Below are positions 28,480 through 41,113 of a stretch of DNA of 64,000 bases, one piece after another (within the stretch, counting starts at the first letter, position 1; every line of letters begins with the position of its first letter). Origin of the DNA: Octopus sinensis (Eukaryota). The DNA lies in contig NC_043008.1 in the NCBI RefSeq assembly GCF_006345805.1, positions 74,586,001 through 74,650,000 of the forward strand. The letters are read 5' to 3'. The notes under the pieces were generated by a model. The model saw only the letters and a program-made list of their open reading frames with translations. It was not told the DNA's origin and did no database searches. The position numbers and the translations under genes were made by a program.

Positions 28480-29032
28480 AAATTTGGGAGAAAGTGATTA
28501 GTCAATTTCATCAACTCTTGTCCTCCACCAGTTCTTATTTTATAGATCTCAAACGAGTGAAAGGCAAAGTCGGCCACGGTGGAATTTAAACTCAGAACAT
28601 AAAAACGGAAGAAACGCCACGAAGCAGTTTGTCTGGCATGCTAACGATTCTTCGAGTTCTCCTTTGCTGCTGCTACTGCTGTTGTTGTTGTCGTCGTTGT
28701 TGTTGTTGTTAAAGTGGTGAGCTGGCAGAGTCGTTAGCACGCCGACAAAATAAGAGGCATTTCGTCCTTTTTACGTTCTCAAATTGAGCCGAAGTCGTCT
28801 TTGCTTTCCATCCTTTCAGGGTCGATAAAGTGAAGTACCAGTAAAATTCCGGGATCGATGAAATCGACTAGACCCTCCACTAAAATTTTAGGCCGTGTGC
28901 CTATAGTAGAAAGGGTTATTATTATTATTATTGTTATTATTAAGATAGCGAGCTGGCAGAACCGTTCGCACGCCAGGTAAGATGTTTTGCGGCATTTCGT
29001 TTGCTTTCATGTTTCCAAATTCCACCGAGGTC
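28480..29032. mobile_element. Cluster of three SINE family 2 copies (minus 28480-28663; plus 28713-28915; plus partial 28943-29032)
   Basis: Head gagctggcagaatcgttagcacgcc and body ctttgctttccatcctttcagggtcgataaa..agtaccag, which resembles the MetaSINE central domain (inference). Confidence 0.75.
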
Positions 29033-29337
29033 GGCATATTTGATAAGCTGGCAGATATATTTATGCTTATTTGCTAATCGGTGCATCGTTCATCGGGGAC
29101 TGTACTAATTACTGAATTGCTGATTGGTAAATATACTGACCGGTAAATTGCTAGTTGGTGAATGTATCAATTGGATTCTGTGAATACTCTAACTGGTGAA
29201 TCGTTGATTGCTGAATGTGCTAAGCGACAAATTAGTGGATTGTTATCGATGAAATTTTCTCAAACATTTTTCTAGTTTATTTTACTAGAATTCCGTCGAA
29301 TCTCAAATAAGATAACCCAGACAAATTTTTTAAATTT

Positions 29338-29545
29338 CTGATTCACAATTTCAAGCAACAACCTTGCAAAAAGTTTTGTTTTATTTACAAGTGATAAGAA
29401 ACTCTCATGGGTGCTGAACAGCAGAAGGTCTTCAGAGACGAAACCCCACCTAGGCAAGTGTTTCGGCCCTTAACTCTTAAGTTTCTTACCACTTATAAAT
29501 AAAACTTTTGGCAAGAGGGGTTTGTTTCCTGAAATTGTGAATCAG
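29338..29545. repeat. Imperfect inverted repeat with ~66-bp arms and a ~76-bp spacer
   Basis: ctgattcacaatttca...tgataagaaact pairs with agtttcttaccact...tgaaattgtgaatcag. Confidence 0.85.
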
Positions 29546-29644
29546 GAGGTTTTAATTCCTCATTCACTATCAAACAACTAAATAAAAAAAGCATCAAAAA
29601 AGTCCACTTTTATTTATAAAATTGTAAACAAACGGGCAATGTGT

Positions 29645-30000
29645 AGGCGCAAGCGTGGCTGTGTGATATAAAATTTGCTTCCTTAACCACATAGTTCCGA
29701 GTTCAGTCACACTACGTGACACTTCGGCAAGTATCTTCTACTATAGAAGACACTTGGGTAGATCAAAGCCTTGTGAGTGGATTTGATAGACGAAAACTGA
29801 AAGAAACTCGTAGTATATATGGGTGTGTGTGTGTGTGTCTGCCTTTGTGTCTGTGTTTGTCCCCCACCACCGCTTGACAACCGGTGTTGATGTGTTTACG
29901 TCCCAGGAAATCAGCGTTTCGGCAAAGAGACCGATAAAATAAGTACCGGACGGTGCCCCAGCATAGCCGCAGTCTAATAACTGCAACAAGTAAAAGAGAT
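29645..30000 (+). mobile_element. SINE family 1 copy
   Basis: aggcgcaagcgtggctgtgtg...gagttcagtcacact...ggcaagtatcttctactatag...ccagcatagccgcagtc...caagtaaaagagat. Confidence 0.88.
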
Positions 30001-30529
30001 AAACAAATGATGTAAACAATTTGAAAAACTCTATCGAATTTACTTTGAATTTCTCCCTCCTTTCCACTACTCTACCCGACTAAATATCCCCTATTTCACC
30101 ACCTTTATTTCTGCTCAACCCTCAGCCTTTATCCAGACTGCACTCTACACATCTCACCACCCGTTGCTCGAGCAGATTCATTTCTATGAAGTATGTTGAG
30201 CAAGTGTCATCTGATCTAGCACTACCCTAAGCAGGCAGATATCATGCCACACTCAGAGATGAAGCAACACCTGTGGATATAGTGTGAATCTTGAATATCA
30301 ATCTCAATGTCATATCCTTGGGAGTTTTTTTAACGAGTCTACGCGTGTGCGGGCGTGTCTGTATCTGTGTCTGTGCATGTGTGCGTGTGAGTGTGGGTGT
30401 ATGTAACAGCAACACCGCTCTCCAGTATATAAGCTGGAGAAAAGTAAGCTGTTATGGACGCATAACTTTGATACACGTATAAGACTATACCCGTGTATAT
30501 GTGCACGTGGTTTTTGTGCTGGCATGCGT

Positions 30530-31152
30530 GCATACATACATACATACATACATACATACATGCATACATACATACATACATACATACATGCATGCATGCA
30601 TGCATGCATGCATACATACATACATACATACATACATACATACATGTATACATACATACATACATACATACATACATACATACATACATGTACATACATA
30701 CATACATACATACATACATACATACATACATACATACATACATACATACATACATACATACATACATACACATACATACATACATACATCATACATGTAT
30801 ACATACATATACATACATACATACATACACATACATACATACATGTATACATACATACATACATACATACATACATACTACATACATACATACATACATA
30901 CATACAGTATACATAGCAGCACTACGCATACATACATACATACAACATACATACATAATACATGTATAAATACATACATACATACACATACAAATACATA
31001 CATACATACATAACATACATACATACATACATACATACATACTACATACATACATACATACACATACATACATACATACATGGATACATACATACATACA
31101 TACATACATACATACATACATACATACATACATACATACATACATGCATACA
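30530..31152. repeat. Long (CATA)n microsatellite (~620 bp)
   Basis: Seen directly. Confidence 0.98.
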
Positions 31153-31174
31153 TTTGTATGGTGAGTGTGTCAGC

Positions 31175-31390
31175 TGAACTTGAGGCAATTCAGCAGTGTT
31201 ACACAAGGAAATTCCATCAAAGGAACAACTGAACTACTGGAAGAGACTGAAAGAGCTACGACTCTATTCTATGGAGCAAAAGCTGGAGAGGTATGCATTT
31301 ATATAGATATGGAAAACCCTAGAAGGGTTGGTACCAAACTTTAGCTATACTAACCCCCGAACTGGACATCACTGCACTGTTCCAAAGGCT
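31175..31390 (+). mobile_element. CR1-like LINE 3' fragment
   Basis: ELEAIQQCYTRK...LNYWKRLKELRLYSMEQKLERY...IWKTLEGLVPNF...NPRTGHHC. Confidence 0.8.
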
Positions 31391-31951
31391 ATAATAATGG
31401 ATATCAAAATATTACTAGATTTTTAGAAGTAACCAGATTTGCAAGTTACTAAAATAAGGATTATTATTCGTATATTATGGAAGAGAGAACTCAATAAATA
31501 AAAATTAAGTATTATAAGCAAAAACAAGGATAAGTACCGATCCACGATAGATATAATTAATATTATTTATTTTTATATAAAGGACTATAAATAGTATATA
31601 GCCAAATTGTATTAATGCTTTCATAAGTAACAAACTATCATTGTTGTAAGAAGAATACAAATTATAAACTATACAATACTATAATAATTATTATTGTGGT
31701 TATTAAATTTAGTTATTTTAGTTTTTTAATGTTTTTTATGTTACATTATATCATATTATATTATATTATATTCATAATATATTATCTTATAATATAAATA
31801 AATTATTAGATTGTCAATTCTGTCTCTGTATTTAATTTATTGTTTGTAATTTGCACTATACCCATATTTATGTGGTATTCAACTGACGTAATGTGAACTG
31901 GATGTTTTACACACCTCTTTGAAGGAATTGCTTTCCTTGGTTTGTTACTTT

Positions 31952-32042
<91 letters not shown>

Positions 32043-32121
32043 CGTTGCTATTATGTTAAACTGTCGTGTGTTCAAATTTGGCCAAATGCGTTTTTTCAAT
32101 ATTTATTTTTTATTGTAATAG

Positions 32122-32705
32122 CCGATTCTTTTGGTCAATCTATCGTATCGCCAGCTGGTTCAGATGTCAAGATATCAAAGTTGTCAAAGTGTAGTAGAAC
32201 GGTTTTGCTACGGAGTGGTGAAGCTATTAGTAAGGCTGGTGTTGATGCCAGTCCTGACAACGTCCACAGTGGCAGACAGGATACCCAGTATAGCAGCAGC
32301 AAGAGGTCCAGTGCCAATACCGGCTATAGTGGTAACAACAGTAGCAGCAACATTATTAACAGCAGCAGTGCCCTTTCCATAACCGGCAGTGGCGATAGCA
32401 CTACCGACATCACCACCTCCACCATCGCCAGCACCAGCAACCCTAGCTCTAATAACACCAGTAGCCCCAACAACAACATCTGTGACAGCGGTAGCAGCAG
32501 CAACAACATCAACAACAACAGCAACAATACCAACAGCAGCAACTGCAGCAGCAACAACAACAACAGGTCCAGCACCGCTAATACGTGCAAGGGCGAAAAT
32601 ATTACCGACACCACCAACACCAGCAGCCCCAGCTCCATCAGCCGCAGTACAACCGGCGGCACAGCAGCAACAGCAACAGCAACACTTACAACAGCACCAG
32701 GTTAA
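32122..32705 (+). CDS. Candidate terminal exon encoding a Ser/Asn/Thr-rich low-complexity peptide; alternatively the expanded linker of a Penelope-like ORF
   Basis: T-rich tract plus AG acceptor (tttattttttattgtaatag, ending 32121), then about 194 open codons (DSFGQSIVSPAGSDVKISKLSK...TTAPG*). No recognisable domain, and no partner exon found in the window. Confidence 0.3.
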
Positions 32706-32714
32706 ACACCGACA

Positions 32715-32965
32715 GCACGCGCCCACGGAAATAAGCGGGATATACTGGGAATTCTTCCGAGCAACATCTTTCCAACCATTTGTCCTCCTTCAGAGTGCCG
32801 GAAAGGAGATACGTAACATCGCTAGCCAATCATGTCTGACAACTCAGTGACGACGGGATACCACACTCGATCTCATGGAAAATTCTCGAAAACTCAGGCC
32901 CCTACATCAACGGGACGAAACCTTGCAAGTTGTGCATTGCTGAACGCGCGAGAATCCTGAAAGAC
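32715..32965 (+). mobile_element. Penelope-like GIY-YIG endonuclease remnant (not in the ORF track because of stops)
   Basis: Frame from 32726 reads RK*AGYTGNSSEQHLSNHLSSFRVPERRYVTSLANHV*QLSDDGIPHSISWKILENSGPYINGTKPCKLCIAERARIL, matching YxG..NH..SF...T.L..H.W.L...I.W.I...Y...CxLC..E. Confidence 0.85.
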
Positions 32966-33485
32966 TCGCTCGTACCAGGAGATTTTCTGGCTATGTTTGC
33001 ATTTTAGAAGATTCCTGCTAGCGTTTTGGAATCTGCAAGGTGACGTTGCAGCCGGAAGCCAATAGCCAAGGCTAAAGGGAGATAATCGTTCATCTTCGTG
33101 ATTTCTGATCATCGTAAGATGTCGACGCGGCCGGAACTCGATAAGTTAATGGCAAAAGAGATTATCATCTATATTTTACCTCCATATTTTGAAGAGGCCT
33201 TAGATCAACATGTCTCGGGTCTGACGAAACGCCGTAAGGCCAAACCCCTTATGGATGAGAAACCCAGGGTGACCCCCATAAACCGGCCTCCCCTATTATA
33301 ACATCAATTGCTCTACATCTTAGTGTTTGCTTCTTTTCCGGATATATGTTTTTCTACAAACGATGTATATATATATATAATAACAGGTTGACATACCTCC
33401 ACATTATAGATGCATACATATTTATATGTATGTATATGTATGTATGTATATATATATATGTATGTGTATATATATATTATATAAT

Positions 33486-33535
<50 letters not shown>

Positions 33536-33551
33536 TATGTATGTAGTGTAT

Positions 33552-33597
<46 letters not shown>

Positions 33598-34708
33598 ATA
33601 TAATATATATTATATATATTAACACGCTGACATATTCCGCGTACTTAGAGTTTCACTGGCAAAGGAGACTCCAGCTCTTCACATATTCGGAAGCAGAATT
33701 ATCTGAACATCTTGGGGACTGAATGTATCCTATGCACCCACGAAATATTAGGTAGTCTAGAGGTAAGCCAAAGTCCATGAGACTCGAAGCAAATATGTTC
33801 AGTGTTTCTTTTGTTTTTTTTTCATTGTATATGTATATACAAATATATATATATATATATATATATGCATCCTTGTAGATAGATAGATAGATAAATACAT
33901 GCATGCATACATACATACATATATTCATGTATTTATAACTATAAATGAATTTGTATGGGTGTGTGTGCGTGTGTGGGTGTGGGTGCGTGTGTGTGTATGT
34001 GTGTGTGTGCGTATGTTCCTTATGCATTCCAAATTTACTGAGTTGCCGATTTTGACGTATGGGGTATCAAAAGATTCAGTACCATTTCCGCTACCAACTA
34101 AACTTTATTTCCATTGACATATTTGCATTATAAAAATTTGAAATTATAATCTTTTCCATAACTATCGTAAGCATTTTATAGGACGACGACGTCACATTTT
34201 CTATATGAGTGTGTATCTTAAAAGACATCCATCATTACGACACACACCTTCACTCACTCACTCTATCTCTCTTTCTCTCTCGCAGAAAGAGACAGAAAAC
34301 AAGCTTCTATAGGAGAAGTTGAAAGACGGATAGCGCGAGAGACAGTCGCTGATGTTTCATACCCTATGTATGTTCTATAGTTGAAAGTGAAAGAATGCCA
34401 ACACAAAATTGATACTGTATGTTCTATAGGTAAAGGTGAAAGAAAGCGGCACAAAGAGAGGGGGGGAACGGGAGAGAAGGGGACGTCGAGAACCTCAGAA
34501 ATGAAGTCGTATCCTACAATTTTAAGGTCATTTTCATTTTCGTCCCATGTTTCACGCGTGCGTAGAATTAGGCATTATCTTTCTCTTTCAATTTCTCATT
34601 ATAATGTACGGAGAACTTCTGTTAACATATTACAATTTCAATACATTTCCTTCTTTTGGAATTCAGAAACGTATGCAAAAATACCTTCATTTGCCACACA
34701 TACGCACG

Positions 34709-34739
<31 letters not shown>

Positions 34740-34779
34740 TGAATTAAAGTTCTGTAGGAATTATGTTATTTTTTGCTGT

Positions 34780-36700
34780 GCGCTAAATTACAGCGCAAAT
34801 ATTATGGAAATTACCTTTTTCTATTCTGTCATCACTGTTTGTGAGGAGCGTATTTCAAACCTGATCTTCCATTTAAACTTACAAGAAAATTATCTCGGAA
34901 ATCTAGTCCTTTACCTGTTGTTTCTAGCGTATCTAACATGACATTTGCGTACCCCCACCACCACTTGTTTCTTTCCTCTATTTACTCACATTCCTATGTT
35001 TTCCATACAGAGGATTTGCATTTCGCCCCAAAGTGGATAGCTGGTGGGTGACCAAGGTGGGGGAAGTGGCATTCAGTATTTCTTTCAGAACAATTTAAAA
35101 AAGCAAATTATATTTCTCACATTCGTAATCTCTGTATTTTTCCACGGGCATAAAAACAAAATTCGAGAAACAGTTAAAACTTTGGAAATTTTGGCGGGGA
35201 GTGGAGAAATTATAAATTTGAAAACATGATTTCTGGGCATAATCATATTAGCCCCTTTTTATTCCACGAAACAGTACACAGTGTGTGATCCTTCTTAAGA
35301 ACATAAATCACTTTCATGAAAATTGTATGCCCACCACTTCACTTCTGGACAAACAATAACTTCCATTACGCCAGTAATCCACTCCACTATATATCAGCTA
35401 ACAGAATGCATTACGCTTATCAAGCCAAATCATTCAGTTTACCGCGTCTTCTCAAAATAACAGTATAGACATTGACATATGCCTTTTCCCACATCTTTTC
35501 ATTCGTTACTAAAAAATCAAATTAGACAATGCACAACTTCAATTGCAATGTCTTCCATCTTATATGTTCCTTAATCGTTCGCTCTTTTCAGCCATGCCTC
35601 CAAAACGAAGACATTCTAATTTATCTCCGCAAACAAAGGCCGCAAAGAAAACTGTCTCTATTCGTGCTCAATAAAACTCACTTCAGTGATGCCCAAATGT
35701 GCAATATTTCAAAACGATCACCGACGGTGGAAGTTCTACTCTAAACTGCACTTATTGCCTGGGATGAATGCACGATGGCACCCAGTGGTGCACTAAAAGC
35801 CCAAGATGGGTCTCTAAGGGATATTGGAAACGGTACTGCCGTTATAGGGGGCTTAACTGTTGACCTCGCAGGGGATTTCCATCAAATATTACATATCATA
35901 CCACGGGTTACGCGAGCTTATGACATCTATGTGTGTCTGAACTTTTCACCTCTGGGGAGGTTTGTTCATTAAGCAACAATATGCGAGCTCATCTCTACAA
36001 CTTAGCTGAGGAATTCTTTCAACTTCTACTAATTGGAAATGGCGCAGTGGGCACATGGTATCTACACTGTCCGAGCTTAAAGAAAAGGCATTTCGCACAT
36101 TGCAAGATAACTTCAAAAACATGGTTCGCAGAGAGATCTATTTTAGCACTCCGGAATGAAAGAGTTGATAAAGTAATCCATGAACTCCGAATTGTACCTG
36201 GAGATGCTTCAACATTTGTCTCCATTCATACCACCATCGTCGAACATACCACTGTTGACTCTCCACTTGAATTTCTCAACACTCTACAACCCACAGGACT
36301 GCCACCATACTAGTTGTTCCTACAAAAAGATGCACCGAAGAACATCGACCTACCACGACTATGCAATGGTACTACATTGACTGTAACTACAATGACAAGT
36401 CATGCCCTATAAGCAACCATTATTGTCGGCTGTCATCGAGGAGAGATCGCATACATTCCCTCAAATGTGTCATTTCAATTCAAGTGCCTCCAGTTCCCAG
36501 TGCAATTATGCTTCGCTATAACAATCAACAAAGCCCAGGGTCAAACTTAAAAAATGTGGGTCTCAATTTACAAATACCCTGCTTTTCTCATGGTCAACTA
36601 TATGTCGCATGCTCTCGAGCTAGCAGTGCAAATAACATGTATATTTATTCTATCAACACGAGGCTTACGCACAACATATTTTACCCAGAAGTAATGTCAG
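34780..36700 (+). mobile_element. Internally deleted Helitron relic with PIF1-family helicase pseudogene (35690-36690)
   Basis: IAWDECTMA, LAGDFHQIL, WFAERSILA.RN, EFLNTLQPTGLPP, LCNGT, TINKAQG and PCFSHGQLYVACSRA. An MPPKRRHSNLS start at 35593 joins almost directly to the helicase, so the Rep domain is missing. The left boundary is approximate. Confidence 0.88.
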
Positions 36701-36922
36701 TTTCACTTAACATACGTTGAAGAGTGCAGTCTGCCCAAATATTACAGAGATGATGCTCTTCACAATGAAGCAGCTTTCTTTCCATGCACCCTACTTTCTG
36801 CAATACGGATACCTCTACATCCTCATACGCCATCCAATTCTTTAAATCCGTAAGTCTAGGTAATTCTGGAGGCAATATTAGGATTTCATTCTAATCTAAG
36901 CTGCAATTCTACATGTATATAT

Positions 36923-36992
<70 letters not shown>

Positions 36993-37621
36993 CATGTTGT
37001 ATATATGAATATGTATAAGTAGATACATATATATGTAAATATGCGTGAAGGTGTGTGTGTGCGTATATATATATATCTGTGTGTGTGTGTGTGTGCGTAT
37101 GTATGCACGTTTGTGTGCAACGTTTGCGTACGTGCATGTGTTCGTATGAACGCACGCGCGCGTATGCAGCGTGTGAATTTTCCTGCAAATAAAATGTTGA
37201 GAAGAAATACATTTTCAAAAAAGAACATCACAAATGGTGTTATGAATATTCGAATTAAATTCTTAGTTTCTCATTTAAAAACTAATGTCTGTTCTCTCTT
37301 TGGCACCATTCTTATGTCTGGGTCTCTTTGATTTCATTATTGATTTCATTGGGATTCTTTTTGTTTTCTTGTTCTCGACTAAACCATATGCATGTATATA
37401 TGGTGCATTTCTGTGTATCCATGCATAAGTACTCCTATACACATAGAGACACACATCTAACATTTATATATATATAAGTATATATATATATGTGTGTGTG
37501 TGTGTGTATACATATATATATATATTTATATATATATGTATCTTTGTATGTGTGTATGTATATGTACGTATGTATGTATCTATGTATACATGCATATATG
37601 TACCTATGCCTTATGTGTATG

Positions 37622-37660
<39 letters not shown>

Positions 37661-39293
37661 ATACACATACATCAAACACACACATATGCAACACCTTTGT
37701 TTTCTCATTTTCTTTTTAGTTTTTGTATATTATTTACCAGAAGCCTACATTTGGTGCTTTAGTCACATTAGAAGATTTCTTCGAATTTGGCCTCTGGCAT
37801 AATTCCAAAGTTAGCGTCTTTCTCTTGATGGCATGACCATAAATCGAAACCAATCAGCAGGTTGCAAGAGATAATTTGAAAATGGCATTATCTTCCGTTA
37901 AGAACTTTTCAAATATCAATTGCGAATTTCTACAGCTTCAAATTGCAATTAACACATTCTTTGTGAAGATTTCACAGACTCGCAGACACAACTTCACATT
38001 TTCCTGAACATCTAAAGCCTTACGACCTTAAGATAGCTATATTTTTGGCGCTCAATATCCATGTATCTAGTAACTGTTTCTGTTACTCGTCCAGTTACAT
38101 ACACTCACTCTCTCTCTCTCTTTCCTTTTTCTTTCCCTTTTCTCCTTTCTCTCTCCCTCTTCCCCTTTCCCTTTTCCACTCTGCTCCTCTCTCTCTCTCG
38201 ACTCCTCCATCCCCTTCTTTCTCATTACCCTTCTCCGTGCTTCTCCCACTCTCTACTCCACTCTTCCTTTTACCATTCCTCTGTGCCACCGCCCTCCTTA
38301 TCTGCTCACTATTTCTTTCTCTACCTCTTTCCTTACTCATATCAACTCTTAAGACTACACTCTACATTCCAACGCTTGCTTTAAAACAGAGGTTCTCACC
38401 CGGGGCCCATATGACTCCTGGGGTTTCATATAAGGTTTAGCGTCTTTAGCTAGGCAGATGAAATATCATAAATGTTTACTAGAATTAATTGAACCACTTA
38501 AGTGAGATCACGGAGACTTCAACTGATTTCCACGCAACCGGTTAAAGTGGTAGGGTGTTAAAGATATAAATGCTTATAAGTAAAAGAGCTTCAAAGTTAT
38601 AATTTAACTCGGTTATTGAATTGATAAACACAGAAAATGTGAATTTCACTTAAAATTACAAATACAAATATGTATTTAGATCCGAACAGATATCGACAAA
38701 TGGTCGCTCCAACGACGACAAATGGTCGCTGCAACGACACACCTGAACTGACCTATATCTGTCTCACTTTTTCTCACTCTCGCTCCTCTCTCTCTCTCTC
38801 TCTCGCTCTTTCTCTCTTTCTCTCTCACTCACACTCTCTCCGTCTCACTACATTTCAATTCTTAGACTTGGTGGTGCGTTGTGTTCTTGAGCAAAACACT
38901 TCATCTCACGTTGCTCTGCGATCACTTCGACTCCTGACGCATAGTACACAGTGGACTTGTTTAGACATTAGTTTGATGGAGAGAGTGAGCTAATACTAAT
39001 ACGAAAAAACAAATCATTTGTGCAGGTTGTTCGGTAAAAGTTGAACGCTCGTACTTCGTCTTCAACAGGAGAATCCGTCATATATATATATATGTGAGTG
39101 CAAGAGAGACAGACAGACAGAGACTATGTATATATGGGCTCGTGTGTGTGTGATACATATATATATAAACCTACGTAGTAGACATACAAATAAATCAAAT
39201 TTACCAATTTCTCTATAAAATGAAAAAAATTAACAGCCTTAATCGATATGAGTTCTCATTAGTAGTGTCTATATCACTAGACAAAATATAATG

Positions 39294-39337
<44 letters not shown>

Positions 39338-39360
39338 TTATATATTATATATGTGTGTGT

Positions 39361-39423
<63 letters not shown>

Positions 39424-39574
39424 TATGTATGCATAGTTTAAGACAATCAGTAAGTTGTCATTATAGTACTTGGAGTTTCGAATGTCGGAGCTAAGAGCTA
39501 CGATCCATTCTCGTCGGCTATTACTGGCAACAGACGCTTTGAAAACCCGTTCAATGAAAGGGAAGTTACTTTTT

Positions 39575-39577
39575 ATA

Positions 39578-39657
<80 letters not shown>

Positions 39658-39738
39658 CATTATTATTATTATTCAGTGAGAGAGCAGTGCATGCCATCAA
39701 AGTGACACTGGGGTAAAATATATGGAGCCCAGTATACC

Positions 39739-39814
<76 letters not shown>

Positions 39815-39815
39815 C

Positions 39816-39848
<33 letters not shown>

Positions 39849-39926
39849 CATTATTATTATTCAGTGAGAGAGCAGTGCATGCCATCAAAGTGACACTGGG
39901 GTAAAATATATGGAGCCCAGTATACC

Positions 39927-39974
<48 letters not shown>

Positions 39975-39981
39975 CATTATT
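39575..39981. repeat. (TTA)n tract containing two identical 66-bp inserts (39674-39739, 39862-39927)
   Basis: Seen directly; period 188 bp. Confidence 0.95.
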
Positions 39982-40936
39982 CAGTTCTATATTTAAGAGA
40001 TGGGGAATTATTTACATTATTTACATTTGACGGATATTTGTCATCTTTTTATACTCTGGCCCCACCAGGAAGATGTCCAAGTGCTGTTAGATCATGTGAA
40101 CTCAATAAAGCCATCCATACAGTTCGCAATGGAAAAGGAAAAAGACAATCAGCTAGCATTCCTGGTCGTATTAATAACATGCACCAATATGGATTCAGGA
40201 CATCCGTATACTGCAAACCGACTTTCACTGGACGATCCATACAGTGCAAAGAGAAGGATTGCTCAGTGCCTAAAATATCGAGCAAAGAATACAAGTAGCA
40301 ATCGTGATACACACCACGAAGAAATGATCAAGCTCAGTAACAATCTATTAAACAACTACACCAAAAACATACTATCTACTCCAATTATGAAGAAAAGAGA
40401 GGATGAAACCAATAAACTGTCCACAGTCTGTCTACCCTATGTGAAAGGCCTCTCCGAAAAGATACAAAAGATATGTGACCCATATGACATCAGGACAGTA
40501 TTTAAGAGTAATACAACACTTCGCAAATATCTCCTTCGGGTAAAACCACCAATAGAAGAGAATATGACCAAAAACTGCATGTACTCCATCCCATGCAGCT
40601 GTGGTAGGTTATACAAAGGTGAAAATGCTGCTCCCTCAAAATAAGGGTAGAGGAACATCGAAAAACTGTGACACGAAGAGATATTGATAAATCGGATATT
40701 GCTGATCATGTATGGTAAAATGGAGGCCACTTCCCCCTGTGGGATGAAGTTAAAATAATAGACAGAGAACACCACTGGAAAATACGAAAACTAAAAGAAG
40801 CAGCACATACGCTAGGACACAACAACCTCCTAAGGAAACCGAGTGCAGATATGAATAGTATATGGGAACCGGTATTAAGGAAGGATAGGAAAATATTAGA
40901 TTTATAAGCCCTAAAGATTCTCTCCCTAATTGACCA

Positions 40937-41003
40937 CGGGCATATGACATAGTGGTTAGAAGAGCGGTCAACTAACCCCAAGATTCCGAGTTAAATTCCA
41001 GGC
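40937..41003 (+). promoter_or_regulatory. tRNA-like Pol III promoter remnant (A and B boxes)
   Basis: gggcataTGACATAGTGGttagaag...ccGAGTTAAATTCCagg has tRNA-like box spacing but no intact cloverleaf. Confidence 0.55.
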
Positions 41004-41021
41004 AGTTCGAAATTTCCCCAT

Positions 41022-41067
41022 GACACCTGATGAAGGCTGGAGGGTATATCAGCCGAAGCATTGTGCT
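41022..41067 (+). ncRNA. Minimal type-I hammerhead ribozyme motif, degenerate
   Basis: gaCAC CTGATGA a GGCTG gagggtatat CAGCC GAAg ca tt GTG: core CUGAUGA, a 5-bp stem II, GAAA read as GAAG, short stem I. Hammerheads are established features of Penelope-like termini. Confidence 0.65.
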
Positions 41068-41113
41068 AACAACAAACAAGATGACAAATATCCGTCAAAT
41101 GTAAATAATGTAA

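Noticed and set aside
30310-31177. Long CMYV/HTYI repeat ORFs
   Set aside because: (CATA)n microsatellite.
32389-32850. Pro/Ala/Thr and poly-Gln ORF resembling a transcription factor
   Set aside because: Starts at GTG just after an in-frame stop, is built from CAG/AAC repeats, and its 3' part is an out-of-frame reading of the GIY-YIG relic.
35690-36690. Host PIF1 gene
   Set aside because: Intronless, multiply frameshifted and present in several copies with Helitron-type motifs; a transposon relic, so no gene symbol assigned.
39674-39927. Repeat-spacer-repeat pattern resembling CRISPR
   Set aside because: Eukaryotic context, only two 66-bp repeats, the spacer is (TTA)n, and there are no cas genes.
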